A stretch of DNA of 44,117 bases from a virus (Duplodnaviria > Caudoviricetes): positions 1 through 44,117 of IMG/VR virus record IMGVR_UViG_3300048855_000162. One strand, written 5' to 3'. A program made the translations under genes and the position numbers. Each line of letters opens with the position of its first letter. The stretch's first letter is position 1. Under the pieces are notes generated by a model, which worked only from the letters and a program-made list of their open reading frames with translations, was not told the origin of the DNA and did not search any database. Below, in pieces: positions 35,637 through 44,117 of this stretch.

Positions 35637-36131
35637 ATGACGAAGCTGACAGCACCGGCGAGCTTTGAGCAGGCGATCGCCCGCATCGCTGGCGAGCTCG
35701 GGTGGGACGAAGCCGCGGCTGTTATCGGCAAGAAGGGCCGCACGCTGCGCGACTATGGCGACAGCGATGTGCAGTACGGCATCTCGCTCGAGGACGCCTA
35801 CAAATTGGATTGTGCATACCGCGCCGCTGGCGGCGACGGCTTGCCGATCCTGCAAACCTATCAGATGCGCTTGAAGGTCGAGGCAGCGACCCCAGGCGAT
35901 GACCCGGAGGTGCTAGCGCACCTCGCATCGATCGCAGCGAAGGAGACGGGCGAAGCGCTCGGCCACCTCATCGCCGCCACGCGACCGGGCGCCACACCTG
36001 CCGATCTAGCGCTGGCAAAGCGTGAGACTGTGCAGGCGGTGACCGCCCTCAGTAACACCCTGCCGATGCTGGATACCCCGGGGGGGGTGTCGGTCGCCAG
36101 GGTGCAGCCCCAAGGGGGGGCATCCAAGTGA
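35637..36131 (+). CDS. Phage regulatory protein, possibly CII-like
   Basis: N-terminal HTH-like region (AAAVIGKKGRTLRDYGD), helical C-terminus; position after cro-like gene. Confidence 0.5.
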   Translation: MTKLTAPASFEQAIARIAGELGWDEAAAVIGKKGRTLRDYGDSDVQYGISLEDAYKLDCAYRAAGGDGLPILQTYQMRLKVEAATPGDDPEVLAHLASIAAKETGEALGHLIAATRPGATPADLALAKRETVQAVTALSNTLPMLDTPGGVSVARVQPQGGASK

Positions 36132-36490
36132 GCAGCCACGTCCCACACCAGCAGAAGATCGGTTTCGCCTGCCCGCACTGCCAAGGTCCCACGCGCTCGC
36201 GTACGAGCCGCGCGGTAAGTGAGTATTTCCGCCAGGCGGTGATCGCCTGCCTGGACGCCGAGCACTGCGGCGCCAGCTTCGCCGTCGATCACGTCATCAC
36301 CCACCAGCTTTCGCCGTCGCTTTCGCCGAACCCCAAGGTTCTGGCCGGCCTGAAGCAGACGCCGATCCGTGTCCGCGTACCCGCCAACGACACCCACCCG
36401 CTCGCCCCCGGCGAGATCCTTTCAGGCGGCTCGGAGGTGCCGCCGCCGGCCGCCAACGACGACACCACGGCCGACGCGCAGATCCTCTAG
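36128..36490 (+). CDS. ogr: Ogr/Delta-like zinc-finger late activator
   Basis: CPHC....RSRTSR........C....HCGASF.......LSPS..PNP. Confidence 0.88.
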   Translation: MSSHVPHQQKIGFACPHCQGPTRSRTSRAVSEYFRQAVIACLDAEHCGASFAVDHVITHQLSPSLSPNPKVLAGLKQTPIRVRVPANDTHPLAPGEILSGGSEVPPPAANDDTTADAQIL

Positions 36491-36575
36491 CCGCTCACCG
36501 TTCCCTTTCCCAACCGACCGACCCGCCGACCCCCTCACCGGCGGGAACAGTCCCCCTTTGTCCGGAGAGAAGCCC

Positions 36576-37253
36576 ATGTCGAACGATCCTCCCCCACCTG
36601 CCGCCAATGACATCGCAGCCGCACCGCTCACTGCAGGAGCGTACCTGTGCCTCCGACGCCAGGCCTCCGGTCTCACGATCGCGCAAGTGACCGACCGGCT
36701 GTCGTTCGGCCCCTCGTCTTTGGCCGGGAAGTTCCTCGCTGCGGCCGAGCGAGACGAGCGCCCGCTGATCGACGCGGGGCTCGAGCAGTTCCGGCCGATC
36801 TTCGCGTTTGATCCATTCGTCTATCGCTGCCTTCGTGACGGGATCCCGGCCGGCCGGATCTGTCGCGGCTGTGGCTGCAGCTGGAACGACGCGTGCATGC
36901 TGTCGCACGGCCCCTGCGCCTGGACCGCACCCCGTGGTGATGGTGAGGATCGCTGCACCCGCTGCACCGGAACGCTGGCAGAGGATGGCACCCGCATGTC
37001 GCTTCTCGCGAGAATTCCGCTCGGCGGTGAAGCGCCGGAAGCGATGGGCGACCTGGTGGACTTCGTCGGTGATCGCCTGCGCGCGACGGCGATGGGCTTC
37101 CACGGCCTGCACGCCCTCGCGGCAGCCGATGACGCCGACGACATGCGCGAGCTCGCGATCGAGATCCTTGAGCATGCCCGGCCCGGCCTGCCGCACACGC
37201 GCACAATTCGGTTCGTCGCCGCCGATGCGGCTGACCAGGGCAGTGCCCTGTGA
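36576..37253 (+). CDS. HTH plus Cys-rich zinc-finger protein
   Basis: GAYL.LRR.ASGLTI.QV; CRGCGCSWNDAC...CAW...DRCTRC; GGAG RBS. Confidence 0.65.
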   Translation: MSNDPPPPAANDIAAAPLTAGAYLCLRRQASGLTIAQVTDRLSFGPSSLAGKFLAAAERDERPLIDAGLEQFRPIFAFDPFVYRCLRDGIPAGRICRGCGCSWNDACMLSHGPCAWTAPRGDGEDRCTRCTGTLAEDGTRMSLLARIPLGGEAPEAMGDLVDFVGDRLRATAMGFHGLHALAAADDADDMRELAIEILEHARPGLPHTRTIRFVAADAADQGSAL

Positions 37254-37531
37254 GCGCCTTTCCCGTCGTCCAGGAGCGTGCCGCTGCCGCTCCGGCCGCC
37301 GACACCCCCTTCCCCGCCCGCGCGTGCCCTGTCGCGCGGCCGCCGCGTCCTCGGCGGGTGCCCAGCTGGCGAAAGGCAGATCGCCAGCTGGTGCATGCGG
37401 GGGCAGTTCCCGGCGCATGGCTGATCCCGACCGGGCGCACGCGCCGGGCGCTTGAAACCGCCGTGCCGATCGCGATCGCCGCGCTCGGCGCGGTCCAGCT
37501 GGTGTCAATGGTATGGAGGATCGCCGCATGA
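37250..37531 (+). CDS. Hypothetical early protein with C-terminal TM helix
   Basis: GTGA coupling to upstream gene. Confidence 0.5.
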   Translation: MSAFPVVQERAAAAPAADTPFPARACPVARPPRPRRVPSWRKADRQLVHAGAVPGAWLIPTGRTRRALETAVPIAIAALGAVQLVSMVWRIAA

Positions 37532-37941
37532 TCGCTGGCGTGCGCCGCGGCGCTGCTGATCACCGACCCGCCGCAGGCAGGCGGCGGGCCGGGATCGTCC
37601 AAATCCCCTCACAGGACCGGAGAGGCGCGCAGGCTACCATCAACTCGCGCCCGAGCAAGAACGAAAACGGCGCCGCCGCCCACGGCGCGAGCAGGAGATC
37701 GCCAATGGCGGATCAACGTCTAATCGTCGCGGCCGCGGGACGTCCTAAGCGCCAGTACATCGTGGTCGAGAATGCCGGCATGGTGGGCGAGCACGACGTC
37801 GCCAGATTCGGGACCCCCTGGGCGGCGAAGGCATGGATCGAGCGCACCTATTCCGTAGCCGAACGCGATCGAAACTCGCCCGCGTGTTTGTATCCCGAGG
37901 TCTGCGTCGAGGAAGACGGCGTGCGGAGCTTCGAACTGTGA
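37528..37941 (+). CDS. Hypothetical early protein
   Basis: ATGA coupling; alternative start 37705 has an AGGAG RBS. Confidence 0.5.
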   Translation: MIAGVRRGAADHRPAAGRRRAGIVQIPSQDRRGAQATINSRPSKNENGAAAHGASRRSPMADQRLIVAAAGRPKRQYIVVENAGMVGEHDVARFGTPWAAKAWIERTYSVAERDRNSPACLYPEVCVEEDGVRSFEL

Positions 37942-38879
37942 CCGCCCCGTCACTCCAGCCCGCCCCGGCCGAGGCACGCTTTCGCTCGCTGATAGAGCGC
38001 ATCGCCAGCTGGACGGACGCGGAGGTCGCATGCGTATCGCCGGGCCAGGTCCGCCACATCGCGCAGCTGGTGCTCGACGGTGCCAACCCGACCTACCCAC
38101 CGTTCGCGAATTCTATTCGAAAGCACGAAGAGGCGGAGGTTGTGCGGCTACGCGAGCACATCGCTGAGCAGATCATCCATGTTGGCAACCGGATCCAGGA
38201 CGGCCGAGATCTAGGGGAAACCGTGTGGGGTCTCGCCCTTGAAGACGTCGTGCGCGAAAACCGTGCCGTGCTGGCCCTCGAGCCGCGCGTCCCTTCGGGC
38301 GGGGAGGCTCACAACCAAGCGCTGTTCAACGCGCTTCTGGCCAGCAGCGAGCATGTAGCCGACCCGACCCGCACCCAGCCTCCAGCGGCGCAGGGGGCAG
38401 GTGACCTGCCCGACGTGCTGCCCGGCCATTGGGCGACGCCGGCGGGACGGGACATGGCACTTGCCGCCCTGAGCGATCCGCACATGGCGTACAACCGGGG
38501 ACGCCAACCCGATATGCAGCTTGCGAACGACGTGTTCCTTTCACCCGGCATCGGCAATCTGACCGCTGCTAAAGAACGCATCCGGTGGCTCTCAGCGCAG
38601 TCGGCACTCGCCACTATGCCGCGTACCTCACAACAGAATCGTTATCTGGTTTGGTCGAACGAACACCGCGCCTGGTGGAAGCCGGCGCACCATGGCTACA
38701 CGCGACGGGTCGAGGACGCCGGCCGTTATGACCGGGCGGAGGCGATGTCGATCGCGAGCAGGCGCGGCGGCGGGTGGCCGATCGAGGAGAACCCCTTCGA
38801 GATCGCCATCCTGGAGGCCGACGCCGTCGAGCAGGCGGCGGCATCCCAAGCCGCCCGTGCGGAGCGCGGCGATGCATGA
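37938..38879 (+). CDS. Mosaic hypothetical early protein
   Basis: GTGA coupling; C-terminal YLVWSNEHRAWW....GYT.....AGRY...EA module recalled from phage early genes. Confidence 0.6.
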   Translation: MTAPSLQPAPAEARFRSLIERIASWTDAEVACVSPGQVRHIAQLVLDGANPTYPPFANSIRKHEEAEVVRLREHIAEQIIHVGNRIQDGRDLGETVWGLALEDVVRENRAVLALEPRVPSGGEAHNQALFNALLASSEHVADPTRTQPPAAQGAGDLPDVLPGHWATPAGRDMALAALSDPHMAYNRGRQPDMQLANDVFLSPGIGNLTAAKERIRWLSAQSALATMPRTSQQNRYLVWSNEHRAWWKPAHHGYTRRVEDAGRYDRAEAMSIASRRGGGWPIEENPFEIAILEADAVEQAAASQAARAERGDA

Positions 38880-38973
38880 CCCCGAGACACACGCCAACGA
38901 GATGGCGCAGCGGATCTTCGTCGGTCTCTGCCTCCTCGTCGTCGCCGGCCTCGCCCTTCTTATCTGGAGCTAA
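38872..38973 (+). CDS. 33-aa membrane peptide
   Basis: MHDPETHANEMAQRIFVGLCLLVVAGLALLIWS fills the gap before the GapR-like gene. Confidence 0.4.
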   Translation: MHDPETHANEMAQRIFVGLCLLVVAGLALLIWS

Positions 38974-38976
38974 TTC

Positions 38977-39213
38977 ATGTCGGACAACATTTCGGCCGAG
39001 CAGCTGCGCCTGCTGATCGAGCGCATTGAGCGGCTCGAGGAAGAGAAGAAAGGCATCAGCGACGACATCAAGGATGTCTATGCCGAGGCGAAATCGACCG
39101 GCTTCGACGTAAAGACCATGCGCGACATCGTCCGCCTGCGCCGCATGGAGAAACACCACCGCGACGAAGCGGACATGCTGCTCGAGACCTACAAGCAAGC
39201 GCTGGGGATATGA
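38977..39213 (+). CDS. Phage-encoded GapR/DUF2312 family DNA-binding protein
   Basis: [47 protein letters not shown]......E..LL.TY..ALG. Confidence 0.92.
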   Translation: MSDNISAEQLRLLIERIERLEEEKKGISDDIKDVYAEAKSTGFDVKTMRDIVRLRRMEKHHRDEADMLLETYKQALGI

Positions 39214-39404
39214 TCGAGCGAACCGGACTGGCGGCGGGCGATCGCGTTCTGTTCCTTGGCCTCGGGCCGCGCAACCGGCACGGCGACGTCGTGGCCGTGA
39301 TGCGGCGCGGCTTCGCCTCCGTCCGGTTCGACCAAGGCCGGCCGGTCCTGACGCTCATCAAGGATCTGCACCCGATCCCTCGCCGCCCTGCGGACATGTG
39401 GTGA
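39210..39404 (+). CDS. Small hypothetical protein
   Basis: ATGA coupling; GDRV....G.VV......V.FD pattern suggests an SH3-like barrel. Confidence 0.5.
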   Translation: MIERTGLAAGDRVLFLGLGPRNRHGDVVAVMRRGFASVRFDQGRPVLTLIKDLHPIPRRPADMW

Positions 39405-39563
39405 GTGGTGAAGATCGCTCCCACTCCCCAGCGCTGCCGCTGCCCAGAGTGCCAGTCGCTGGACGAGCGGTATCCGGACGAAGGGCAGCAGCTGTGCCTC
39501 CTCCCGGCCCCCACGAACCGTAAGCGCCGGCGGCGCTCCCCAGCAGAAGGAAAAACCGGATGA
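39405..39563 (+). CDS. 52-aa Cys-containing hypothetical protein
   Basis: MVKIAPTPQRCRCPECQSLDERYP...; fills the gap and its stop overlaps the next ATG; absent from ORF track. Confidence 0.4.
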   Translation: MVKIAPTPQRCRCPECQSLDERYPDEGQQLCLLPAPTNRKRRRRSPAEGKTG

Positions 39564-39898
39564 ACGCGCCATCCATTACGCGGCTCGACCACCGCCTCAG
39601 TCGAGCCGCCGAGACCGGCAGAGGCATCCGCCTAGAGCCGGCCGACCTCGACCTGCTCGCCAGCCTCGGGCTTTTCCGCCTGACCCACGAAGCCAAGACC
39701 AAGTACATTGAGGAACAGACACGATGCCGGGACGCCCGCCGCCGCTCTATCGCCGCGGGAAATATTGGGTCGACAAGCTCCGGCGCGCGGACGGTTCCGA
39801 ACGTTCGCCTCGTTGGTATGTCTTCTGGTACGACCCAGAAGCGCGACGCGAGGCTAGCGCATCAACGGGCACTGATGACGCCGAGCAAGCGATCGTAG
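39560..39898 (+). CDS. Hypothetical protein overlapping int, candidate excisionase
   Basis: AAGGA RBS; overlaps the first 175 nt of int. Confidence 0.45.
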   Translation: MNAPSITRLDHRLSRAAETGRGIRLEPADLDLLASLGLFRLTHEAKTKYIEEQTRCRDARRRSIAAGNIGSTSSGARTVPNVRLVGMSSGTTQKRDARLAHQRALMTPSKRS

Positions 39899-41061
39899 CA
39901 TGCGACCGGCGTTACCTCGCCGATCGCGATGAAGCGCCAGCCTTCTGCTATGTCTGCGGCCAGCCCTTGGCTTCCGCCGCCGCCTATCTGCTGAGCGACG
40001 CGATCGCCGACTATCGCCTTGAGTGGGGCGACTTGCAGGCGTCGGCCGACACGATCCGTGCGCGCCTGAAGCACGTGCTCGACTTCCTCCAGGCGGAGGA
40101 CGGCCGCGGCGGCATGTTCGGCCTGGAGACCAGCTGTGCCGTCGCGTGCGGCACGCCGTTCATCGCCGCCTTCCGCGCCTGGTCCAAGGACCAGCCCGTC
40201 GTCTGGCGCAATAAGAAGGGCGAGATTACGACCTCGCGCCCTCGATCGGCCGCGAGCACCGAAGAGTCGGTGCTGCAGCTGTCGGCCGTGCTCAACCATG
40301 CGGCCGACGCAGATCCGCCGCGATCGGAGCGCCGGCCGGTCTACAAGCCGCTGCCGCGCAAGCAGGTATCGCGCCCCCGGCGCCACCGCGTCGACGTACC
40401 CGTGTTGGCACGCATGGTTCGCTATGCGGCCGAGCCTGGAAAGAGGCGCGCATCGCTGCACGCGTTCCTCGTCGCTTCGATCTGCACGCTCGCCCGGCCA
40501 GACGCTGTCGTCGACATCTGCGTCGCGCCTGAGCGTGAACAATGGTTTCCCGAGTCGCCGACGATCGACCTGAACCCGTTCGGCCGCGCGCAAACCAAGA
40601 AGTTTCGCCCGACTCTCCCGGTCCTGCCGGTGCTGGCGGAATGGCTCGCGGCAGAGCTCGCCGTTTATGAGAAGCTGGACCGCGCCGATCGCGCCGGAGC
40701 CGGCTACCTGGTCAACTACTTCGGCCGGCCTGTGCAGGACGTCGACAGGTCCTGGCGGACGATGCTCGAGGAGCTCCGCCTCCCCGTCGGCCGTGAATGG
40801 AAGCCGTACATCCTGCGGCACAGCCTCGCGACGATCCTGCGCAACCGCGGCGTCGCGAAGTGGGACCTGCAGGGCTTCATGGGCCACGGCGCCGGCAGCA
40901 CGACCGAGATCTACGCGATCGGCCGGTTCGACACTGTGCGAGCGGCGCTTGAAGAAGTCATCGGCGAAATTGATGCGGCCGCGCCTGGCGCGATGCGCAG
41001 AACCTGCGCCGAAGTCTCGCTATCCGGCCCTTCAAAGGGAGTCCTAAAAATGACCGGATAG
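39724..41061 (+). CDS. int: Tyrosine recombinase / phage integrase
   Basis: N-terminal arm-binding-like region; TLARPD, YILRH, MGH, TTEIY; ends 13 bp before the att core. Confidence 0.93.
   Translation: MPGRPPPLYRRGKYWVDKLRRADGSERSPRWYVFWYDPEARREASASTGTDDAEQAIVACDRRYLADRDEAPAFCYVCGQPLASAAAYLLSDAIADYRLEWGDLQASADTIRARLKHVLDFLQAEDGRGGMFGLETSCAVACGTPFIAAFRAWSKDQPVVWRNKKGEITTSRPRSAASTEESVLQLSAVLNHAADADPPRSERRPVYKPLPRKQVSRPRRHRVDVPVLARMVRYAAEPGKRRASLHAFLVASICTLARPDAVVDICVAPEREQWFPESPTIDLNPFGRAQTKKFRPTLPVLPVLAEWLAAELAVYEKLDRADRAGAGYLVNYFGRPVQDVDRSWRTMLEELRLPVGREWKPYILRHSLATILRNRGVAKWDLQGFMGHGAGSTTEIYAIGRFDTVRAALEEVIGEIDAAAPGAMRRTCAEVSLSGPSKGVLKMTG
40994..41013 (+). promoter_or_regulatory. Putative integrase arm-type site inside the int 3' end
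   Basis: TGCGCAGAA-CC-TGCGCCGAA, 81 bp left of the core. Confidence 0.6.
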
Positions 41062-41074
41062 CAATCACTTAACC

Positions 41075-41149
41075 TGGTGGGCGCGGCTGGGATTGAACCA
41101 GCGACCCCTGCGGTGTGAACACAGTGCTCTACCACTGAGCTACGCGCCC
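41075..41149 (-). tRNA. tRNA-Val (anticodon CAC); contains att core 41075-41120
   Basis: GGGCGCGTAGCTCAGTGGTAGAGCACTGTGTTCACACCGCAGGGGTCGCTGGTTCAATCCCAGCCGCGCCCACCA; cloverleaf with encoded CCA. Confidence 0.97.
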
Positions 41150-41238
41150 GTGCGCCTTGCGGCGAAACCGGGAAGCGGGCCTTTAGGCGGTGGAAACCGG
41201 GCTGTCCAGCCCCCTCGCCCAAAAACCCGCAGGATCGA

Positions 41239-41511
41239 TCAGTTGACCGAATCCTTCAGGCCCTTGCCCGCCTTGAACTTGGGCTGCGACGACGCCTTGA
41301 TCGTCATCGGCTCGCCCGTACGCGGGTTGCGCCCGGTCGAAGCCTTGCGCTTGCTGACGGAGAAAGTGCCGAAGCCGACCAGACGCACCTCGTCCCCCTT
41401 CTTGAGCGCGGTCGAAATGGATTCGAATACCGCCTCGACCGCCTTCACCGCATCACCGCGGCCCAGTCCCGACAGATCGGCGACCTGACCAATCAGCTCC
41501 TGCTTGTTCAT
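41239..41511 (-). CDS. hupB: DNA-binding protein HU
   Basis: MNKQELI, VRLVGFGTF, GRNPRTGE, PKFKAGKGLKD; follows lon. Confidence 0.96.
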   Translation of the reverse strand: MNKQELIGQVADLSGLGRGDAVKAVEAVFESISTALKKGDEVRLVGFGTFSVSKRKASTGRNPRTGEPMTIKASSQPKFKAGKGLKDSVN

Positions 41512-41720
41512 TCGTTCAAACCCCTTTTTGTCGTTGGGGGGCAGGGCACGGCAAAGCCGACCGCCCCCCCGGCAGCGGGGCCAGTTAATGCGTCTCCCCC
41601 CACCCCTGTCAAAGCAATTCGCCGCGCCCTGTCCCGCGGAGATGCCGCCCAAGCGCATGGGGTGCCGGGGCGGACGGGTGCGATGTCTCGCATCCCGCCC
41701 GCCCCAAGCAGAGGCCAGGA

Positions 41721-44117
41721 TCAGTGGTGTCGGACTTCACCAATCCCCGGAACCGCAGCCGGCGGCTGCACCGCAAGCTCGTCCGCGTCGGTCCAGTCGA
41801 TCGCCTCCAGCGGGCCGGTAAGCGCCAGGCGCAACACCTCGTCGACATGGGAGACCGGCACGATCTCCAGGCTCTCGCGGATGTTGGCCGGGATTTCCGC
41901 CAGGTCCTTCTCATTCTCCTGCGGGATCAGCACCGTCTTGATGCCCCCACGCAGCGCCGCGAGCAGCTTTTCCTTCAAGCCCCCGATCGGCAGCACTCGG
42001 CCGCGCAGCGTCACCTCGCCGGTCATCGCCACCTCGCGCCGCACCGGCACGCCGGTGAGCGTCGAAACAATCGAGGTGACCAGGCCGATGCCCGCCGACG
42101 GTCCGTCCTTGGGCACCGCGCCTTCGGGCAAGTGGACGTGGACGTCCTTGCGCGCGAACAGGCTGGGCTTGATGCCATAGGTCGGCGCCCGCGCCTTGAC
42201 GAAGCTCATCGCCGCCTCGACCGATTCCTTCATCACGTCGCCGAGCTTGCCGGTCGTCTTGATCGCGCCCTTGCCCGGCACGGTGACGGATTCGATCGTG
42301 AGCAGTTCGCCGCCCACTTCGGTCCAGGCGAGGCCAGTGACGGCACCGATCTGGTGCTCCTCCTCGCCCACGCCGAAGCGATACTTCTGGACGCCTGCGA
42401 ACTCGTGCAGGTTCTCCGGCGTCACGGTGACGCTCTCCGCCTTGCCCTCCAGGATGCGGCGCAGTGCCTTGCGCGCGAGCTTGGCAATCTCGCGCTCCAG
42501 CGTGCGAACGCCGGCTTCGCGCGTATAGTAGCGGATCAGGTCGCGCAGGCCTTCGTTGGTGAGCGCGAACTCGCCTTCCTTCAGGCCATGCGCCTCGATC
42601 TGCTTCTCGACCAGGTGTCGCTCGGCAATCTCGACCTTTTCGTCCTCGGTGTACCCTTCCAGCCGGATGATCTCCATGCGGTCGAGCAGCGGCTGCGGCA
42701 GATTGAGCGAATTGGCCGTGCACACGAACATCACATCCGAAAGATCGATGTCGATCTCCAGATAATGGTCGTTGAACTTCGCGTTCTGCTCCGGGTCGAG
42801 CACTTCCAAGAGCGCCGAGGCCGGATCGCCGCGGAAATCCTGGCCCAGCTTGTCGATCTCGTCGAGCAGGAACAGCGGGTTGCTCGCCCCCGCCTTGCGC
42901 AGGTTGGTGACGATCTTGCCCGGCAGCGAGCCGATGTAGGTGCGCCGGTGGCCGCGAATCTCGGCCTCGTCGCGCACGCCGCCCAGCGACTGGCGGATGA
43001 ACTCGCGCCCCGTCGCCTTGGCGATCGACTTGCCAAGCGAGGTCTTGCCGACGCCCGGCGGGCCGACGAGGCACAGGATCGGGCCCTTGAGCTTGTTGGT
43101 GCGCGCCTGGACCGCGAGATATTCGACGATCCGGTCCTTGACCTTTTCCAGCGCATAATGGTCCTGGTCGAGCACGGCCTGGGCGGTCGGCAGGTCCTTC
43201 TTGAGCTTGGAACGCTTGCCCCACGGCAGGCCCAGCAGCACGTCGAGATAGTTGCGCACGACCGTCGCCTCGGCGCTCATCGGCGCCATGGTCTTGAGCT
43301 TCTTGAGCTCGGCAGTCGCCTTGGTGCGCGCTTCCTTCGACAGCTTCAGCGTCGCGATCTTCTGAGTCAGCTCGGCAACCTCGTCGCCCTCGCCTTCCTC
43401 GCCCTCGTTGCCGAGTTCGCGCTGGATCGCCTTCAACTGCTCGTTGAGGTAATATTCGCGCTGGGTCTTCTCCATCTGCCGCTTCACGCGGCTGCGGATC
43501 TTCTTCTCGACCTGGAGCACGCCCAGCTCGCCTTCCATGAAGGCAAACACCATCTCCAGCCGCTTGACCGGATCGCCCTCGACCAGCAGCGACTGCTTGT
43601 CGGCGACCTTGACCGCGATGTTGCCGGCGACCGCATCGGCCAGGCGCGACGGATCCTCCAGCTCGCCGAGCTGGCCGGCAGTGTCCGACGGCAGCTTGCG
43701 GTTGAGCTTTGCGTAATTCTCGAACTGGTCGACCACCGAACGCATCAGCGCCTGGACCTCGGCGCCCTCGGCAGCGACGTCCTCGGCCGGCGCGACGCTG
43801 GCAGTCAGAAAGCCGTCAGTCTCTTCAAGCGTTTCGAGCGAGGCGCGCTCCTTGCCCGATACCAGCACCCGCACGGTGCCGTCCGGCAGCTTCAACAGCT
43901 GCAGCACTTCGGCGGTGACGCCCATGTCGTACAGGTCGTCGCGGCTGGGATCGTCCTGGGCGGGATCGAGCTGGGCGACCAGGAAGATCTCCTTGTCGGC
44001 CGCCATCGCCGCTTCCAACGCCGCGACCGACTTGTCGCGGCCCACGAACAGCGGAACGATCATGTGCGGGAAGACGACGATGTCGCGCAACGGCAGGACA
44101 GGATAGGACTTGTTCAT
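41721..44117 (-). CDS. lon: ATP-dependent protease La
   Basis: PVLPLRD, GPPGVGKTS, LLDEIDK, PKDGPSAG, IGGLKEK. Confidence 0.98.
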   Translation of the reverse strand: MNKSYPVLPLRDIVVFPHMIVPLFVGRDKSVAALEAAMAADKEIFLVAQLDPAQDDPSRDDLYDMGVTAEVLQLLKLPDGTVRVLVSGKERASLETLEETDGFLTASVAPAEDVAAEGAEVQALMRSVVDQFENYAKLNRKLPSDTAGQLGELEDPSRLADAVAGNIAVKVADKQSLLVEGDPVKRLEMVFAFMEGELGVLQVEKKIRSRVKRQMEKTQREYYLNEQLKAIQRELGNEGEEGEGDEVAELTQKIATLKLSKEARTKATAELKKLKTMAPMSAEATVVRNYLDVLLGLPWGKRSKLKKDLPTAQAVLDQDHYALEKVKDRIVEYLAVQARTNKLKGPILCLVGPPGVGKTSLGKSIAKATGREFIRQSLGGVRDEAEIRGHRRTYIGSLPGKIVTNLRKAGASNPLFLLDEIDKLGQDFRGDPASALLEVLDPEQNAKFNDHYLEIDIDLSDVMFVCTANSLNLPQPLLDRMEIIRLEGYTEDEKVEIAERHLVEKQIEAHGLKEGEFALTNEGLRDLIRYYTREAGVRTLEREIAKLARKALRRILEGKAESVTVTPENLHEFAGVQKYRFGVGEEEHQIGAVTGLAWTEVGGELLTIESVTVPGKGAIKTTGKLGDVMKESVEAAMSFVKARAPTYGIKPSLFARKDVHVHLPEGAVPKDGPSAGIGLVTSIVSTLTGVPVRREVAMTGEVTLRGRVLPIGGLKEKLLAALRGGIKTVLIPQENEKDLAEIPANIRESLEIVPVSHVDEVLRLALTGPLEAIDWTDADELAVQPPAAVPGIGEVRHH

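Larger units (their letters stand above)
5659..41120. mobile_element. P2-like prophage integrated in tRNA-Val(CAC), probably defective
   Basis: 46-bp direct repeats; int at right end; Q-P-O-N-M-L-X-holin-lysin-spanins-R-S-J-I-H-V-W-FI-FII/E-T-U-D set; ogr and repressor switch. Confidence 0.95.

Noticed and set aside
13720-36520. Pyrimidine tracts (CCCTTCCCC-like) upstream of O, N, FII and the 36576 gene
   Set aside because: Low complexity and short; cannot be separated from chance without statistics.
41150-44117. Novelty in the lon-hupB-tRNA region
   Set aside because: Ordinary conserved core-genome arrangement.

Overview
High-GC alphaproteobacterial chromosome segment (Sphingomonas-like by inference). 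The right end is core genome: lon, hupB and tRNA-Val(CAC), all on the minus strand. A ~35.4 kb P2-like (Peduoviridae-type) prophage is integrated in the 3' half of the tRNA (att cores 5659-5704 and 41075-41120). It has a nearly complete head/lysis/tail set, a cos-like site and three perfect 25-bp late-promoter palindromes. Its layout is atypical: int ends the early operon, att separates int from a plasmid-type wHTH Rep, there is no P2 gpA, and V-W lie after the tail fibres. An in-frame deletion fuses half of the tail tube gene to the tail chaperone, so it is probably defective. Cargo: a translationally coupled Sir2-HerA-KTSC operon between cos and portal, and a block after gpD (membrane WYL protein, structured non-coding element, small HTH, NDT-like protein). 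To the left are two older prophage remnants at the same att site (third core 1504-1549). Each is reduced to an integrase 3' end, an att core, phage gene scraps and intact cargo genes, forming a cassette-like tandem array. All calls are from manual motif recognition; no searches were run.
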